From Sulfurospirillaceae bacterium (GTDB lineage Bacteria > Campylobacterota > Campylobacteria > Campylobacterales > Sulfurospirillaceae): a DNA stretch of 64,000 bases. This document shows, one piece after another, positions 30,721 to 42,194 of the stretch (position 1 is its first letter; each line of letters begins with the position of its first letter). The stretch covers positions 1-64,000 of the forward strand of contig JAWVXD010000005.1 of assembly GCA_033723415.1 (NCBI GenBank), written 5' to 3'. The position numbers and the translations under genes were made by a program. A model generated the notes under the pieces. That model was given only the letters and a program-made list of their open reading frames with translations. It was not told the origin of the DNA and searched no databases.

Positions 30721-30821
30721 AAAAATTAAAATATTCTTGCAAAGGCATAGCTTTAGTGAGATAAATTTAACACGAGCTTTTGCCGGAGTTAAAGAAGAAA
30801 TTAAAATGAAAAGGTAACAAA

Positions 30822-32348
30822 TTGATATTTGAAAATCAGTACGAACAACAAAGAATACAAAAATCACATGATTTGAAAAATTTAGGGAAGAATCCATATA
30901 GACATAATGTCAGAAAAGACAGCACTACAGTTGAGTTTTTAACTGCCTATGAATATCTAAAAAATCAAGATGAAAAAAGGGATGAAAATAAAATCAATAC
31001 AATCTCCGGCAGAATAAAATTTCTAAGACACATGGGGAAAGCTGCCTTTGCTAAGATAGAAGACGAGCATGGTATCTTGCAAATCTATTTCAGTAGAGAA
31101 AGTATTGGAACAGAATGGTTCAACGAAGCTAAGAAACTTGTAGAAGTCGGTGATATTATTTTTGTAACAGGTTTCCCTTTTGTGACAAAAACGGGTGAAT
31201 TATCTCTTCATGCCAATACACTTGAGGTTGCGACAAAATCTATAACGCCACTGCCTGAAAAATTTCACGGTCTCCAAGATATAGAGCTTAGATATAGAAA
31301 AAGATATCTTGATATGATCATGAACGAAGAAGTAAAAAAGACCTTTAAACTAAGAAGTTTGATTGTAAGAACTATAAGACACTTCTTTGAAGAAAAAAAC
31401 TTTTTAGAGGTAGAAACGCCTATGATGCATCCTATCGCAGGCGGAGCAAATGCTAAACCTTTTATTACACACCACAATGCATTGGGTATCAACAGATACT
31501 TGAGAATCGCGCCGGAACTTTATCTTAAAAGATTGGTAGTAGGTGGCTTTGAAGCAGTTTTTGAGATAAATAGAAACTTTAGAAATGAAGGTATGGATCT
31601 AACCCATAATCCTGAATTTACGATGATAGAATTTTATTGGGCATACCATAACTATCATGACCTAATGAACTTAACAGAAACATTATTTGGATATTTACTT
31701 GACAAATTGAACCTGCCGAAAAAACTGCCTTTTGCAGATATGGAGATAGATTTTTCAAAGCCTTTTAAAAAAATATCTTTTAGAGATTCTTTGGTCGAGA
31801 TAGGAAATGTTCCAAATGACATACTTGACAGTAGAGAAGATATTATAGAATTCTTGAAAAGCAATAATTTTGAAGTTGATTCAAAATTAAGCTTGGGAAA
31901 ATTATATGAAGAGTTGTTTGATCTGTTTGTTGAAGAGAAACTTATAGACCCGACCTATATCATAGATTATCCGATTGAGATAAGTCCTCTTGCTCGAAGA
32001 AATGAAGAAAATAACGACATAGCAGAAAGGTTTGAGTTATTTATTGCCGGAAGAGAAATAGCAAACGGATTCAATGAGTTAAATGATCCAATTGATCAAT
32101 ATGAAAGATTTCAAAAACAGATCCTTGCTAAAAATGAAGGAGATGATGAAGCCCATGAAATGGATGAAGATTATGTTCAGGCCCTTGGGTATGGACTTCC
32201 TCCGACTGCAGGAGAAGGATTGGGAATAGACAGATTAGTGATGCTTTTAGCAAACCAACACTCAATAAGAGACGTGATATTGTTTCCTGCTATGAAACCT
32301 TTGCATGAAGCAGCACTTGAAGAAAAAAACGAAAATATTAAGGAATAA
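30822..32348 (+). CDS. lysS: Lysyl-tRNA synthetase (class II)
   Basis: [32 protein letters not shown]. Confidence 0.98.
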   Translation: MIFENQYEQQRIQKSHDLKNLGKNPYRHNVRKDSTTVEFLTAYEYLKNQDEKRDENKINTISGRIKFLRHMGKAAFAKIEDEHGILQIYFSRESIGTEWFNEAKKLVEVGDIIFVTGFPFVTKTGELSLHANTLEVATKSITPLPEKFHGLQDIELRYRKRYLDMIMNEEVKKTFKLRSLIVRTIRHFFEEKNFLEVETPMMHPIAGGANAKPFITHHNALGINRYLRIAPELYLKRLVVGGFEAVFEINRNFRNEGMDLTHNPEFTMIEFYWAYHNYHDLMNLTETLFGYLLDKLNLPKKLPFADMEIDFSKPFKKISFRDSLVEIGNVPNDILDSREDIIEFLKSNNFEVDSKLSLGKLYEELFDLFVEEKLIDPTYIIDYPIEISPLARRNEENNDIAERFELFIAGREIANGFNELNDPIDQYERFQKQILAKNEGDDEAHEMDEDYVQALGYGLPPTAGEGLGIDRLVMLLANQHSIRDVILFPAMKPLHEAALEEKNENIKE

Positions 32349-32351
32349 ATC

Positions 32352-33599
32352 ATGAGTATATTAAAAACAGAAGATCCAATCGTATATGATTTGGTTGAGC
32401 TTGAATTAAAACGACAAACAGAACATCTTGAGATGATAGCAAGTGAAAATTTTACTTATCCTGCCGTAATGGAAACTATGGGAAGTGTTTTTACAAACAA
32501 ATATGCTGAGGGCTATCCAAATAAAAGATATTATGGTGGATGTGAATTTGCGGATAAGGTAGAACTGTTGGCAATTGAGCGAGCTTGTGAACTTTTCGGA
32601 TGCAAATTTGCCAATGTACAACCAAATTCAGGTAGTCAGGCTAACCAAGGTGTTTATCAAGCACTTCTACAACCTCATGATAAATTGCTAGGTATGGATT
32701 TGAGTCAAGGCGGACATCTAACGCACGGTTCAAAAGTAAGTAGTTCAGGCAAAACGTATTCTAGTTTTTTTTACGGAGTTGATAAAGACGGTATCATTGA
32801 TTATGAAAAAGTTAGAGAAATCGCTCATATTGTAAAACCCAAGATAATAGTCTGCGGTGCAAGCGCATATCCAAGAGTTATAGATTTTGCAAAATTCAGA
32901 GAAATAGCCGATGAAGTAGGAGCTTATCTTTTTGCTGATATTGCTCATATAGCAGGTCTTGTGGCTGCAGGTGAGCACCCAAGCCCATTTCCTCATTGTC
33001 ATGTAGCAACAACTACAACACACAAAACACTTAGAGGTCCAAGAGGCGGACTTATCCTGACTAACGACGAAGAAATTGCAAAGAAGATAAACAGTGCTAT
33101 ATTTCCTGGAATCCAAGGTGGTCCGCTTATACACGTTATAGCAGCTAAGGCTGTAGGATTTGCATACAACCTAAAACCGGAATGGAAAACATATGCCAAA
33201 CAGGTAAAAGAAAATGCCAAAATTTTATCTGATGTTCTTATAAAAAGAGGATATGATATTGTAAGCGGCGGTACGGACAATCACTTGATCTTGGTTTCGT
33301 TTTTAAACAAAAACTTTAGTGGTAAAGATGCAGATATCGCACTTGGAAATGCAGGAATCACCGTTAATAAAAATACTGTTCCAAACGAAACAAGAAGCCC
33401 GTTTGTTACAAGTGGTGTTAGAATCGGTAGTGCTGCGTTAACTGCCAGAGGTATGGGTGTTGCAGAATTTGAGATAATTGCAAATAAAATAGCAGATGTT
33501 TTAGATAATATCGAAGATGTAAAATTACAAGAAAAAATAAAAAGCGAAGTAAAAGAGTTGGCTAGTAATTTTGTAATATACAACCAATCAACGTATTAA
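32352..33599 (+). CDS. glyA: Serine hydroxymethyltransferase
   Basis: [33 protein letters not shown]. Confidence 0.98.
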   Translation: MSILKTEDPIVYDLVELELKRQTEHLEMIASENFTYPAVMETMGSVFTNKYAEGYPNKRYYGGCEFADKVELLAIERACELFGCKFANVQPNSGSQANQGVYQALLQPHDKLLGMDLSQGGHLTHGSKVSSSGKTYSSFFYGVDKDGIIDYEKVREIAHIVKPKIIVCGASAYPRVIDFAKFREIADEVGAYLFADIAHIAGLVAAGEHPSPFPHCHVATTTTHKTLRGPRGGLILTNDEEIAKKINSAIFPGIQGGPLIHVIAAKAVGFAYNLKPEWKTYAKQVKENAKILSDVLIKRGYDIVSGGTDNHLILVSFLNKNFSGKDADIALGNAGITVNKNTVPNETRSPFVTSGVRIGSAALTARGMGVAEFEIIANKIADVLDNIEDVKLQEKIKSEVKELASNFVIYNQSTY

Positions 33600-33608
33600 G
33601 GAATACTG

Positions 33609-34151
33609 ATGTATGATATTGATACTTCTTTAATCAAGATTGATACCTCGCATTATTGGATTAAAAGAGACAGTATCGTCCAAAAGATTATGCATAATGG
33701 AAGAACATTTTTCGATAAATTTGAAAGAATTGATGAAAAGTTGACAAACCAGATCATGCAAGAGCATTTATCCGGGAATATTACTGTTGCACACTCTCTG
33801 ATCAATAGATTTAATAAAATAGAAAATATTGTTATTGATTACAATGGAATTAACACTGAAAGATTCTGGCATAGGGCACAGTTATTGCTTAGAGATGAAG
33901 GATATATAAATTTTACGGCATATGAGAGTAAGACTCCAGGTCACTTGCATCTTTATATACATAAAGGGCATACGACTTTGCAAGAAGGTTATCAGATAGC
34001 AAAGTTATTATCTATGAAACTTTCTCAAAGGATGCCTAGAGAATGGAAGATATTTCCTAGTGACAGCATGCCAAAAGAGTTTAATATACTGACACTGCCG
34101 TATAAAGTTTATCAAAAAGAAAGAGGCGCAGCCTGGTCAAAGCACATGTAG
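33609..34151 (+). CDS. DUF1882 family protein
   Basis: IVIDYNG, ESKTPGHLHLYIHKGH, RGAAWSKHM; conserved position downstream of glyA. Confidence 0.75.
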   Translation: MYDIDTSLIKIDTSHYWIKRDSIVQKIMHNGRTFFDKFERIDEKLTNQIMQEHLSGNITVAHSLINRFNKIENIVIDYNGINTERFWHRAQLLLRDEGYINFTAYESKTPGHLHLYIHKGHTTLQEGYQIAKLLSMKLSQRMPREWKIFPSDSMPKEFNILTLPYKVYQKERGAAWSKHM

Positions 34152-34214
34152 TGCTTCACTGAAAGCACATATAATGTATTTCGTGATAATATAAGCAAAA
34201 AATAGGAGATAAAG

Positions 34215-34940
34215 ATGGATGACAAAAACGAATTAAGTGATATTGTCTTAGAAAAAGATAACGGAAAAGTTTTAAAAGCAAAGAGAATTCTGATAATTAT
34301 TGCATTGCTTATTATTGTATTTTTGGGTGTATTAGTAACTATGAAATTGATAAATAAACCAACTCAAAATACTGCTACTGAGAAGATGATTTTACCTCCT
34401 GAACCAAAATCTGTCACTGATAGCAAAGCAAAAGACGAAGAGTTATTTAAACAGGTTCCTATAATAGAAGAAAACAAAACCAATAAAGATAATTTTGACA
34501 ATATTGTTAAAAACTTAAAAGAAAAAGAAATGCAAAAATCGCAAATAAGCGATCAAAACCAAACAAAACCTGTACAAACACAAAGTCAGACTATTCAAGA
34601 GAAACCTGTTGCTCCGGTAGTAGAACCTCTAAAAAAAGAGGCAAAAAAAATACTTAAACCTAAAATCGAACAGAAGACTCAAAAGACTACACCTACTGCC
34701 AAGAACAAAGGTCTTTTTGTTCAAGTAGGCGCGATATACAGAGGAACACCTAGTAAAAAATTTCTGAAACTTATAACAGATAAACATTACAACTATTTCC
34801 TTTATAAGACAAAAGTAAACAACAAGTCTGTAACTAAAGTTTTGATAGGTCCGTTTAAGACAACAAAAGAAGCAAAAGCCGGTCTGATAGAGATCAAAAA
34901 ATCTATCAATAAAAATGCTTTTTTATATAGAGTAAAATAA
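34215..34940 (+). CDS. SPOR-domain cell-division protein
   Basis: N-terminal TM, Q/K/P-rich linker, FVQVGA...KVLIGPF...EAK. Confidence 0.85.
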   Translation: MDDKNELSDIVLEKDNGKVLKAKRILIIIALLIIVFLGVLVTMKLINKPTQNTATEKMILPPEPKSVTDSKAKDEELFKQVPIIEENKTNKDNFDNIVKNLKEKEMQKSQISDQNQTKPVQTQSQTIQEKPVAPVVEPLKKEAKKILKPKIEQKTQKTTPTAKNKGLFVQVGAIYRGTPSKKFLKLITDKHYNYFLYKTKVNNKSVTKVLIGPFKTTKEAKAGLIEIKKSINKNAFLYRVK

Positions 34941-34941
34941 T

Positions 34942-36354
34942 TTGTATAGCAAAACTATATTATTTGACCAACTAACGCCTATAACGATATTTGCAAAGTT
35001 GCAAAATCATTTCAAAGGAGAACTCTCTTTTCTATTTGAAAGTGCTATAAATTCAGAAGCAGGAAATTACAGCTTCCTATTTATAGGTGCTAGAGAGAGA
35101 GTGATCCACGAAAATTCACAAAGCTTTTATATAAATGAAAAAGATGAAAGAATTCAAATTGATGACAATCCTTTTATCTTTTTAAAAAAAAGATACAAAG
35201 AGATAGATCAAGATAAATATAAAAAACTCTCACATGACCTAAACATTGGTTTTGTTGACGGTTTTGTTGGTTATATAGGTTATGACTGTGTAAAAACTTT
35301 CGAGCCTGTCTTGCAAACACACATGAACAACTTAAAAGATGAAATAAAGATACCTGACCTTGATCTTATGCGTCCAAGACTCATATGTGCCTTTTCTCAC
35401 AAATCAAATACTCTTACTCTTTTAACTTTTATAGAAGAGATGGGAAAACAACTTGATGATATCATTAAGCTTATAGAACAGCCTCATATAAATATCCCTA
35501 TAGTAAAAACAAAAATTGACAAAAAAAGAGGAAATTTCGCTTTTTCCAAAGAACGATTTTTTGAAATGGTAAAACGATCAAAAGAGATGATAAGAAGCGG
35601 CGATGTTTTTCAAATCCTTATGTCAAACAGATTCACTCAATTTGCAAAAATAGATAGACTTAGTTTTTATAGGATACTAAGAAACAAAAATCCTTCTCCA
35701 TATATGTATAACTTAAATTACGGAAAATTTTCCATCATAGGTAGTTCTCCTGAGGTTATGGTAGGTCTTAAAAACGGACATATCATATTGAGACCTATCG
35801 CAGGCACAAGAAAAAGAGGCGATAGCTATGAAAAAGACTTGGAATTAGCAGAAGAACTTCTACATGATCAAAAGGAGAGAGCTGAACATCTAATGCTGAT
35901 TGATCTTGGTAGAAACGATGTGGGTAAAGTAGCAAAAGTCGGTAGCGTGCAGGTTAAAGAGATGATGAGAGTAGAGAGATACTCACATGTCATGCACCTG
36001 GTAACAGATATTGAAGCATTGCTTGACAAAAAGTATGATATGTTTGATCTGTTTGCTGCAACATTTACCGCCGGGACTATGACCGGAACACCTAAGATCA
36101 GAGCAATGGAACTTATAAGTGATTTTGAAAATCTAAAAAGAAGTTTTTACAGTGGAGCTGTAGGATATTTTGGATTTGACGGTAACCTTGATAGTGCTAT
36201 TTTGATAAGAACTGCATATTTGGACGATGAGAAAATAATCTTTCAAGCAGGAGCCGGGATAGTTGCTGACAGCACTCCTGAATACGAATATCAAGAGGTA
36301 TCAAATAAACTCGCAGCTATGACATCTTCGCTAGATGATCTAAGTGATTCTTAA
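34942..36354 (+). CDS. Anthranilate synthase component I family protein (TrpE/PabB-like)
   Basis: GDVFQ, NPSPYMY, SSPE, PIAGTRKRG, AEHLMLIDLGRND, QAGAGIV. Confidence 0.88.
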   Translation: MYSKTILFDQLTPITIFAKLQNHFKGELSFLFESAINSEAGNYSFLFIGARERVIHENSQSFYINEKDERIQIDDNPFIFLKKRYKEIDQDKYKKLSHDLNIGFVDGFVGYIGYDCVKTFEPVLQTHMNNLKDEIKIPDLDLMRPRLICAFSHKSNTLTLLTFIEEMGKQLDDIIKLIEQPHINIPIVKTKIDKKRGNFAFSKERFFEMVKRSKEMIRSGDVFQILMSNRFTQFAKIDRLSFYRILRNKNPSPYMYNLNYGKFSIIGSSPEVMVGLKNGHIILRPIAGTRKRGDSYEKDLELAEELLHDQKERAEHLMLIDLGRNDVGKVAKVGSVQVKEMMRVERYSHVMHLVTDIEALLDKKYDMFDLFAATFTAGTMTGTPKIRAMELISDFENLKRSFYSGAVGYFGFDGNLDSAILIRTAYLDDEKIIFQAGAGIVADSTPEYEYQEVSNKLAAMTSSLDDLSDS

Positions 36355-36379
36355 CATATCTACGCAAAAAGATGCATAA

Positions 36380-37171
36380 ATGAAACTTTTTTCCATATTT
36401 GGCGATCCTGTCTTTCACTCAATATCTCCAAGACTTCATAATAATGCCATAAGAAATCTAAATCTTGACGCTTGTTATATTAGACAACTCGTGAAAAACG
36501 GTGATGAGATTATTGAAATTTTTAAAGATCTTAGATTGGACGGAGCAAATGTCACGGTTCCTCATAAAGAGACAGCTTACAAATTATGTGATGAAGTCAG
36601 AGGAATTGCAAAAGAAATCAAAGCTATAAATACTCTTATCAACGAGAATGGAAAAATCATAGGATATAACACTGATGCACCAGGTTTTTTTCAGGCCATA
36701 AGCTCTTTTAAAAACATAAAAAAAGCATTGATCTTAGGAGCAGGAGGAACGGCAAAAGCTATTTCGTTTATATTGAGACAAAATAATATTGACGTTACTA
36801 TACTCAACAGATCAAAAGAAAGACTTGAATTTTTTATGAAAAACGGTTTTGATTCTTTTCATTGGAATAACTTCAATTCGAACAACTTTGATATTATTAT
36901 AAATACTACATCTGCAGGATTAAAAGATGAAAATCTACCATTACCTATAGATATACTCTCACAAATAATGCAAAATGCAAGTTATACGTTTGACGTAGTT
37001 TATGGAAGAAGGACTCCTTTTTTGCAACTCTCAGATAAATATAACTTACAAAATAAAAATGGGCAAGATATGCTTCTTTATCAAGGTATTATTGCATTTA
37101 ATCTTTTTTATAATAATAAATTTAATACCTCTGTAATAGAAAAACACATGAGAGAGGCTTTGACTTTTTAA
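36380..37171 (+). CDS. aroE: Shikimate dehydrogenase
   Basis: HSISP, NVTVPHK, NTD, GAGGTA, MLLYQG. Confidence 0.95.
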   Translation: MKLFSIFGDPVFHSISPRLHNNAIRNLNLDACYIRQLVKNGDEIIEIFKDLRLDGANVTVPHKETAYKLCDEVRGIAKEIKAINTLINENGKIIGYNTDAPGFFQAISSFKNIKKALILGAGGTAKAISFILRQNNIDVTILNRSKERLEFFMKNGFDSFHWNNFNSNNFDIIINTTSAGLKDENLPLPIDILSQIMQNASYTFDVVYGRRTPFLQLSDKYNLQNKNGQDMLLYQGIIAFNLFYNNKFNTSVIEKHMREALTF

Positions 37172-37229
37172 TCATATCTTCAGTACATTTTCACTACAAT
37201 GCAAAAACTTAAATCTTAATTAAAGGATA

Positions 37230-38315
37230 ATGATGAAGAAGTTATTTAAACTAATGGGCATCTTGGCTATTTTAGTTCTTATAAGTAGCAATTCTTTTGC
37301 TGCTGAAAAGACTGTTAGATGGAAATTGGCAATGAGTTGGCCTACTACACTGGCACCTCTTTCTAACCCACCTCTAAAACTTGCAAAACTTGTCAAAGAG
37401 ATGAGTAAAGGCAAATTTATCATTAAAGTAGAAGGTTCAGAAAAGACAAAATCACCACTTGGCGTATTTGATATGGTAAGAGGCGGCGCTTTTCAAATGG
37501 GACATACGGCTTCTTATTACTATCTTGGAAAAGATGTTAATGCTGTTTGGTTCACAACTGTTCCTTGGGGTATGACAAAAGACGAACAATATGCTTGGTT
37601 TTACTATGGAAACGGCATGAAATTCATGCAACAAGTTTATGGAAAATACGGTATGTTATCTTTCCCTGGCGGCAACACAAGTGTCCAAATGGGCGGATGG
37701 TTCAAAAAAGAGATCAAAAGTATAAATGACTTAAAAGGTCTAAAGATGAGAATCCCTGGATTTGCAGGAAAAGTTATGGCTCGCTTAGGTGTTAGTGTCG
37801 TAAATATTCCAGCCGGTGAATTATATACATCATTGGATCGTGGAACAATTGATGCACTTGAATGGGTAGGACCTGGTATGGACATCAAAATGGGCTTCTA
37901 CAAAGTTGCACCGTATTACTATACCGGATGGCACGAGCCTGCATCTGAGATGAATTTTGTCATAAACAAAAAAGCATTTGCAAAACTACCAAAAAGCTAT
38001 CAAGTAATGCTAGTTACTGCTATGAAAGCTGTAACTGCAGATATGGGTATGGAGAACTTTGCTGACAGTGCAACTGCATGGGCAGAGATGAAAAAAGAAT
38101 ACCCGGATATAAAAGTAGAATCATTCCCAGTACCTGTTCTAAAGGCTATGAAAAAAGCAACTGATGAAGTTATGAGTAGCTATGCTGCAAAAAACCCTCT
38201 GTTCAAAACAATTTGGGAAGATCAAAAAGCTTTCATGAAAAAAGCTAGAGTTTGGTCAATGATGTCAGAATATCACTACTTAAAAGCTTCCGAAGAAGTT
38301 AAAGACGTTAAATAA
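37230..38315 (+). CDS. dctP: TRAP transporter substrate-binding protein (DctP, TakP-like)
   Basis: Signal peptide, WKLAMSWP, QMGGWF, LKMRIPG, DALEWVGP. Confidence 0.9.
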   Translation: MMKKLFKLMGILAILVLISSNSFAAEKTVRWKLAMSWPTTLAPLSNPPLKLAKLVKEMSKGKFIIKVEGSEKTKSPLGVFDMVRGGAFQMGHTASYYYLGKDVNAVWFTTVPWGMTKDEQYAWFYYGNGMKFMQQVYGKYGMLSFPGGNTSVQMGGWFKKEIKSINDLKGLKMRIPGFAGKVMARLGVSVVNIPAGELYTSLDRGTIDALEWVGPGMDIKMGFYKVAPYYYTGWHEPASEMNFVINKKAFAKLPKSYQVMLVTAMKAVTADMGMENFADSATAWAEMKKEYPDIKVESFPVPVLKAMKKATDEVMSSYAAKNPLFKTIWEDQKAFMKKARVWSMMSEYHYLKASEEVKDVK

Positions 38316-38321
38316 ATTCAA

Positions 38322-38347
38322 TTTGGCCGACGCTTCTGTCGGCCAAA
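38322..38347. terminator. Stable hairpin between dctP and dctQ
   Basis: TTTGGCCGAC-N6-GTCGGCCAAA perfect 10-bp inverted repeat. Confidence 0.65.
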
Positions 38348-38372
38348 AAACTCAAGAAAAGACAATAAAAAG

Positions 38373-38912
38373 ATGCTAATAAAAATAGAAAAAATATTCA
38401 ACAAATTTATGGACTTCATAGGAAACATTTTAATAGTTATGTTATTACTTATGATACTAAATGTTTTTTATGATGTTATTATGAGGTATGCCTTTCATGA
38501 AAACTCTATTGCTATGCAAGAGTTGGAATGGCACTTTTTTGCAATAATAATCCTCTTTGGCACATCATACTCTCTCAAAGAGAATGCTCACGTCAGAGTT
38601 GATTTTTTATATGATAGATTTAGTGAACGAACACAAGCCGTCATAAATATAATAGGGACTCTATTATTCTTATTACCTTTTACTTTGCTTATTATTTATG
38701 GCTCATACACTTATGTAATGGATTCATATAGTATAGGAGAGACATCAGGCGATCCTGGCGGCTTAAAATACTTGTGGGCGATCAAAGCTATGATACCTTT
38801 GTCATTTATGGTACTGTTCTTAGAAGGCATTAATTACATAATCCAAAATATCAATATATACAGACATGTAGAAAAAGCTAAAAGAGTTGATCCTCAAGGA
38901 GCACTGTCTTGA
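38373..38912 (+). CDS. dctQ: TRAP transporter small permease
   Basis: Four TMs, MQELEWH, HVRVD. Confidence 0.9.
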   Translation: MLIKIEKIFNKFMDFIGNILIVMLLLMILNVFYDVIMRYAFHENSIAMQELEWHFFAIIILFGTSYSLKENAHVRVDFLYDRFSERTQAVINIIGTLLFLLPFTLLIIYGSYTYVMDSYSIGETSGDPGGLKYLWAIKAMIPLSFMVLFLEGINYIIQNINIYRHVEKAKRVDPQGALS

Positions 38913-40246
38913 TAGGACTAGCTATGTTTGTAACAGCACTTCTGCTGTTGGTTATAGGATATCCGGTTGCGTTTACTTTTGGTGCAGTATCTATGTTCTT
39001 TGGTGCATTGGCAGCATATTTTCAAGTTATCCCTGATGGCGGTACGATGTCAGACTTTGTACAAGAGTTCCTGCAAATGTTCTCTTTAATGCCATTTCGT
39101 ATATTTGCTATAATGACAAATAAAATCCTTATGGCTGTACCTCTTTTCATATTTATGGGTATAGTTTTGCAAAAATCTGAACTTGCTACAAAGCTTTTGG
39201 AATCTATGGGAGTCTTATTTGGAAGAGTCAGAGGCGGTCTTGCCGTAAGTACTGTATTGATTGGAGCCCTACTTGCTGCTTCTACGGGAGTCGTTGGCGC
39301 AAGTGTTGTTGCCATGGGAGTAATATCTCTACCTGTTATGTTAAAATACGGATATTCAAAAAAACTAAGTACAGGTACGATATGTGCAGCCGGTACACTT
39401 GGTCAGATAATACCACCGTCTATCGTACTGATTGTTTTAGGAGATGTTTTTCAGCTACCTGTAGGTGACCTTTTTAGATTAGCTTTTTTCCCTGGACTTG
39501 TTTTAGTAGGCGTGTATATTATATATATACTAATAGTTGCATTCTTAGATAAAAGTGCTGCACCGGCAATAGAATTTGATGATAGTATGACAAAAACACA
39601 AAATGTAAAAAAAGCACTCTTGGCGATCATCCCTCCGTTGGTTCTTATAGTTATGGTACTCGGTTCTATATTTGCAGGAGTCGCTACACCTACGGAATCT
39701 GCATCGGTGGGCTCAGTTGGTGCTGTGTTATTGGCTTGGGGATATAAACAATTAAGTTTAGACATGATCAAAAAAGCTTCTATAGGTACTATTAAGATAA
39801 CAGCTATGGTTTTTGCTATATTAATCGGTGCGACTGCTTTTTCTATGGTTTTTGTTTATAGCGGCGCTGATGATATAACTGCAAATTTCATGATGAATTT
39901 ACCTGGCGATAAATGGGGATTTTTAATTCTATCCATGCTTGCTATTTTATTTTTAGGATTTTTTATTGACTTTATAGAAATATCATATATCGTTCTACCT
40001 ATTTTGATTCCAATTGCACACAATATAGGCCTGGATCCGACATGGTTTGCTATCCTTATAGCACTTAATCTTCAAACATCGTTTTTAACACCACCATTTG
40101 GCTTTTCTCTCTTTTATTTAAAAGGGGTTGCGCCTCCAACTGTAAAAACAACAGATATATATAAAGGTGTTATTCCATTTATACTTTTACAGATATTAGT
40201 ACTTATTTCAGTTGTTATTTTCCCACACTTTTATGGATTTAATTAA
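38909..40246 (+). CDS. dctM: TRAP transporter large permease
   Basis: AVPLFIFMG, GTLGQIIPPS, ATPTES, TPPFG. Confidence 0.92.
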   Translation: MIGLAMFVTALLLLVIGYPVAFTFGAVSMFFGALAAYFQVIPDGGTMSDFVQEFLQMFSLMPFRIFAIMTNKILMAVPLFIFMGIVLQKSELATKLLESMGVLFGRVRGGLAVSTVLIGALLAASTGVVGASVVAMGVISLPVMLKYGYSKKLSTGTICAAGTLGQIIPPSIVLIVLGDVFQLPVGDLFRLAFFPGLVLVGVYIIYILIVAFLDKSAAPAIEFDDSMTKTQNVKKALLAIIPPLVLIVMVLGSIFAGVATPTESASVGSVGAVLLAWGYKQLSLDMIKKASIGTIKITAMVFAILIGATAFSMVFVYSGADDITANFMMNLPGDKWGFLILSMLAILFLGFFIDFIEISYIVLPILIPIAHNIGLDPTWFAILIALNLQTSFLTPPFGFSLFYLKGVAPPTVKTTDIYKGVIPFILLQILVLISVVIFPHFYGFN

Positions 40247-41658
40247 TGAAAAAAATAGCAATCATAGGCAAGCCAAATGTTGGCAAAAGTTCTCTATTTA
40301 ATAGAATAGCCAAACAAAGGATCGCGATTACATCAGATTTTAGCGGTACTACAAGAGATATCAAAGAACACACTGTAGAAATATTAGATAGACCTTGCAA
40401 AATACTTGATACCGGTGGACTTGACAGTTCAAATGAGCTTTTTGAGAACGTTAGACTAAAGTCAATAGAAGCAAGTAAAAAAGCTGATATCATCATCATG
40501 ATGGTCGATGGAAAGATGATACCTAGTGATGAAGATAAAAAGATATTTTATTCTCTACAGTCTCAAAAAAAACCAATCGCTTTGGTAATCAATAAAATAG
40601 ACAATGATAAAGAGATGGAGAGAGCTTGGGAATTTGATGAATTTGGTGCCGATAACGTATTTCCGATCTCAGTTTCGCACAATAGAGGTGTTACGAATCT
40701 TTTCAAATGGATAGCATCTTTTCTCCCAGAAGTAGAGACTCCAACAGAATTAAAAGAAAACGATGATGATGATTTTGACTTTGATGACTTTTTGGAAGAC
40801 GAAGAAAAGGAACAAAAAGTTGAAGAAGAAATCGAAACAAATGAGATAAATGTAGCGATCATTGGACGTGTAAATGTTGGAAAAAGTTCACTCTTAAATG
40901 CCTTGGTAGGAGAAGAAAGAGCTGTCGTAAGCTCAATCGAAGGTACAACAATAGATCCTGTTGATGAGAATATAGAATATAAAGACAAAATTATAAATTT
41001 TGTTGACACTGCAGGTGTACGTAAAAGAAGCAAAATAGAAGGTATAGAAAAATTTGCTCTTATGAGAACGAATGCCATGCTTGAAAAAGCCGATATTGCT
41101 CTACTTGTATTAGATGCCAGTGAAACTTTCAAAGAACTTGACGAACGAATAGCAAATCTTGCAGATAAAAATCACCTTGGTGTTATAATTGTTCTGAACA
41201 AATGGGATAAAGCACTTGAAGATTATAAAGAAACGATAGATGAGATAAGAGATAGATTCAAATTTTTATCTTGGGCGCCTATCATAACAGTTTCGGCTCT
41301 TTCTAAAAAAAGAGTTTTTCGAATAAAAGATCTTATACTAAGCGTGTACGAAAACTATAGTAGAAGAATTTCTACTTCAAAGTTAAATGAACTGTTAAAA
41401 TTAGCGACAATAAGACATCAACTTCCTGCTGATAAAACAAAAAGAGTAAAGATATATTTTGCAACGCAGTACGATACGAAGCCTCCAAAGATAGCCCTTG
41501 TCATGAATAGACCCAAAGCACTGCATTTTAGTTATAAAAGGTATCTTTTAAATAAATTAAGAGAAGAATTTGATCTAGAAGGAACTCCTGTATTGCTTTA
41601 TCCAAGGAGCAAAGGAGAAAAAGACGAATCAAATTTGGATGAAAACAATGGCCAGTAA
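40246..41658 (+). CDS. der: Ribosome biogenesis GTPase Der
   Basis: Two G-domains (GKPNVGKS, GRVNVGKS; DTGG, DTAG; NKID, NKWD) with an acidic linker. Confidence 0.97.
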   Translation: MKKIAIIGKPNVGKSSLFNRIAKQRIAITSDFSGTTRDIKEHTVEILDRPCKILDTGGLDSSNELFENVRLKSIEASKKADIIIMMVDGKMIPSDEDKKIFYSLQSQKKPIALVINKIDNDKEMERAWEFDEFGADNVFPISVSHNRGVTNLFKWIASFLPEVETPTELKENDDDDFDFDDFLEDEEKEQKVEEEIETNEINVAIIGRVNVGKSSLLNALVGEERAVVSSIEGTTIDPVDENIEYKDKIINFVDTAGVRKRSKIEGIEKFALMRTNAMLEKADIALLVLDASETFKELDERIANLADKNHLGVIIVLNKWDKALEDYKETIDEIRDRFKFLSWAPIITVSALSKKRVFRIKDLILSVYENYSRRISTSKLNELLKLATIRHQLPADKTKRVKIYFATQYDTKPPKIALVMNRPKALHFSYKRYLLNKLREEFDLEGTPVLLYPRSKGEKDESNLDENNGQ

Positions 41659-42154
41659 TATCATTCTTATAGGTTTTATGGGAGTCGGTAAAGGTACTGT
41701 TGCCAGAGAACTTGCCCAAAAAAGTAAAATGTTTGCAATCGACACTGACGATTTGATAGAGAGCTTGGAAAACAAAAAGATCAAAGATATCTTTGCTGAA
41801 TCAGGAGAAAAATATTTTAGAGATTTAGAAAAAAAAACTGCAAAGTGGCTGCAGAAGTCTGTTAAGAACAGTATAATCTCAACTGGCGGAGGATTTTACA
41901 AGGTAGCTAATATTAAAAAAATTGGAAAGATTGTATACCTTGAATCCAGTTTTGAAAATATTATCAAAAGATTAAAAGAACATCCAGAATCAGAGAAAAA
42001 ATTTGCTAAAAGACCATTATTGCAAGATATTGACAAAGCAAAAACAATATTTGAAGCAAGATCTGCCGAGTACAAAAGATGCTCACATATTTCGATAAAT
42101 GTCGAGAACAGGACTCCAGAGGAAATAGCAAAAGATATATTAAAAATGATTTAG
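41648..42154 (+). CDS. aroK: Shikimate kinase
   Basis: GFMGVGKGT, DTD, GEKYFR, STGGG, RPLL; start trimmed to ATG 41648. Confidence 0.93.
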   Translation: MASNIILIGFMGVGKGTVARELAQKSKMFAIDTDDLIESLENKKIKDIFAESGEKYFRDLEKKTAKWLQKSVKNSIISTGGGFYKVANIKKIGKIVYLESSFENIIKRLKEHPESEKKFAKRPLLQDIDKAKTIFEARSAEYKRCSHISINVENRTPEEIAKDILKMI

Positions 42155-42194
42155 ATATAATCTCTATTAAAAATTACAAGTTATAGGGATTTTA

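Noticed and set aside
40563..41132. 189-aa minus-strand Ser-rich ORF
   Set aside because: Mirror of the acidic linker region of der.
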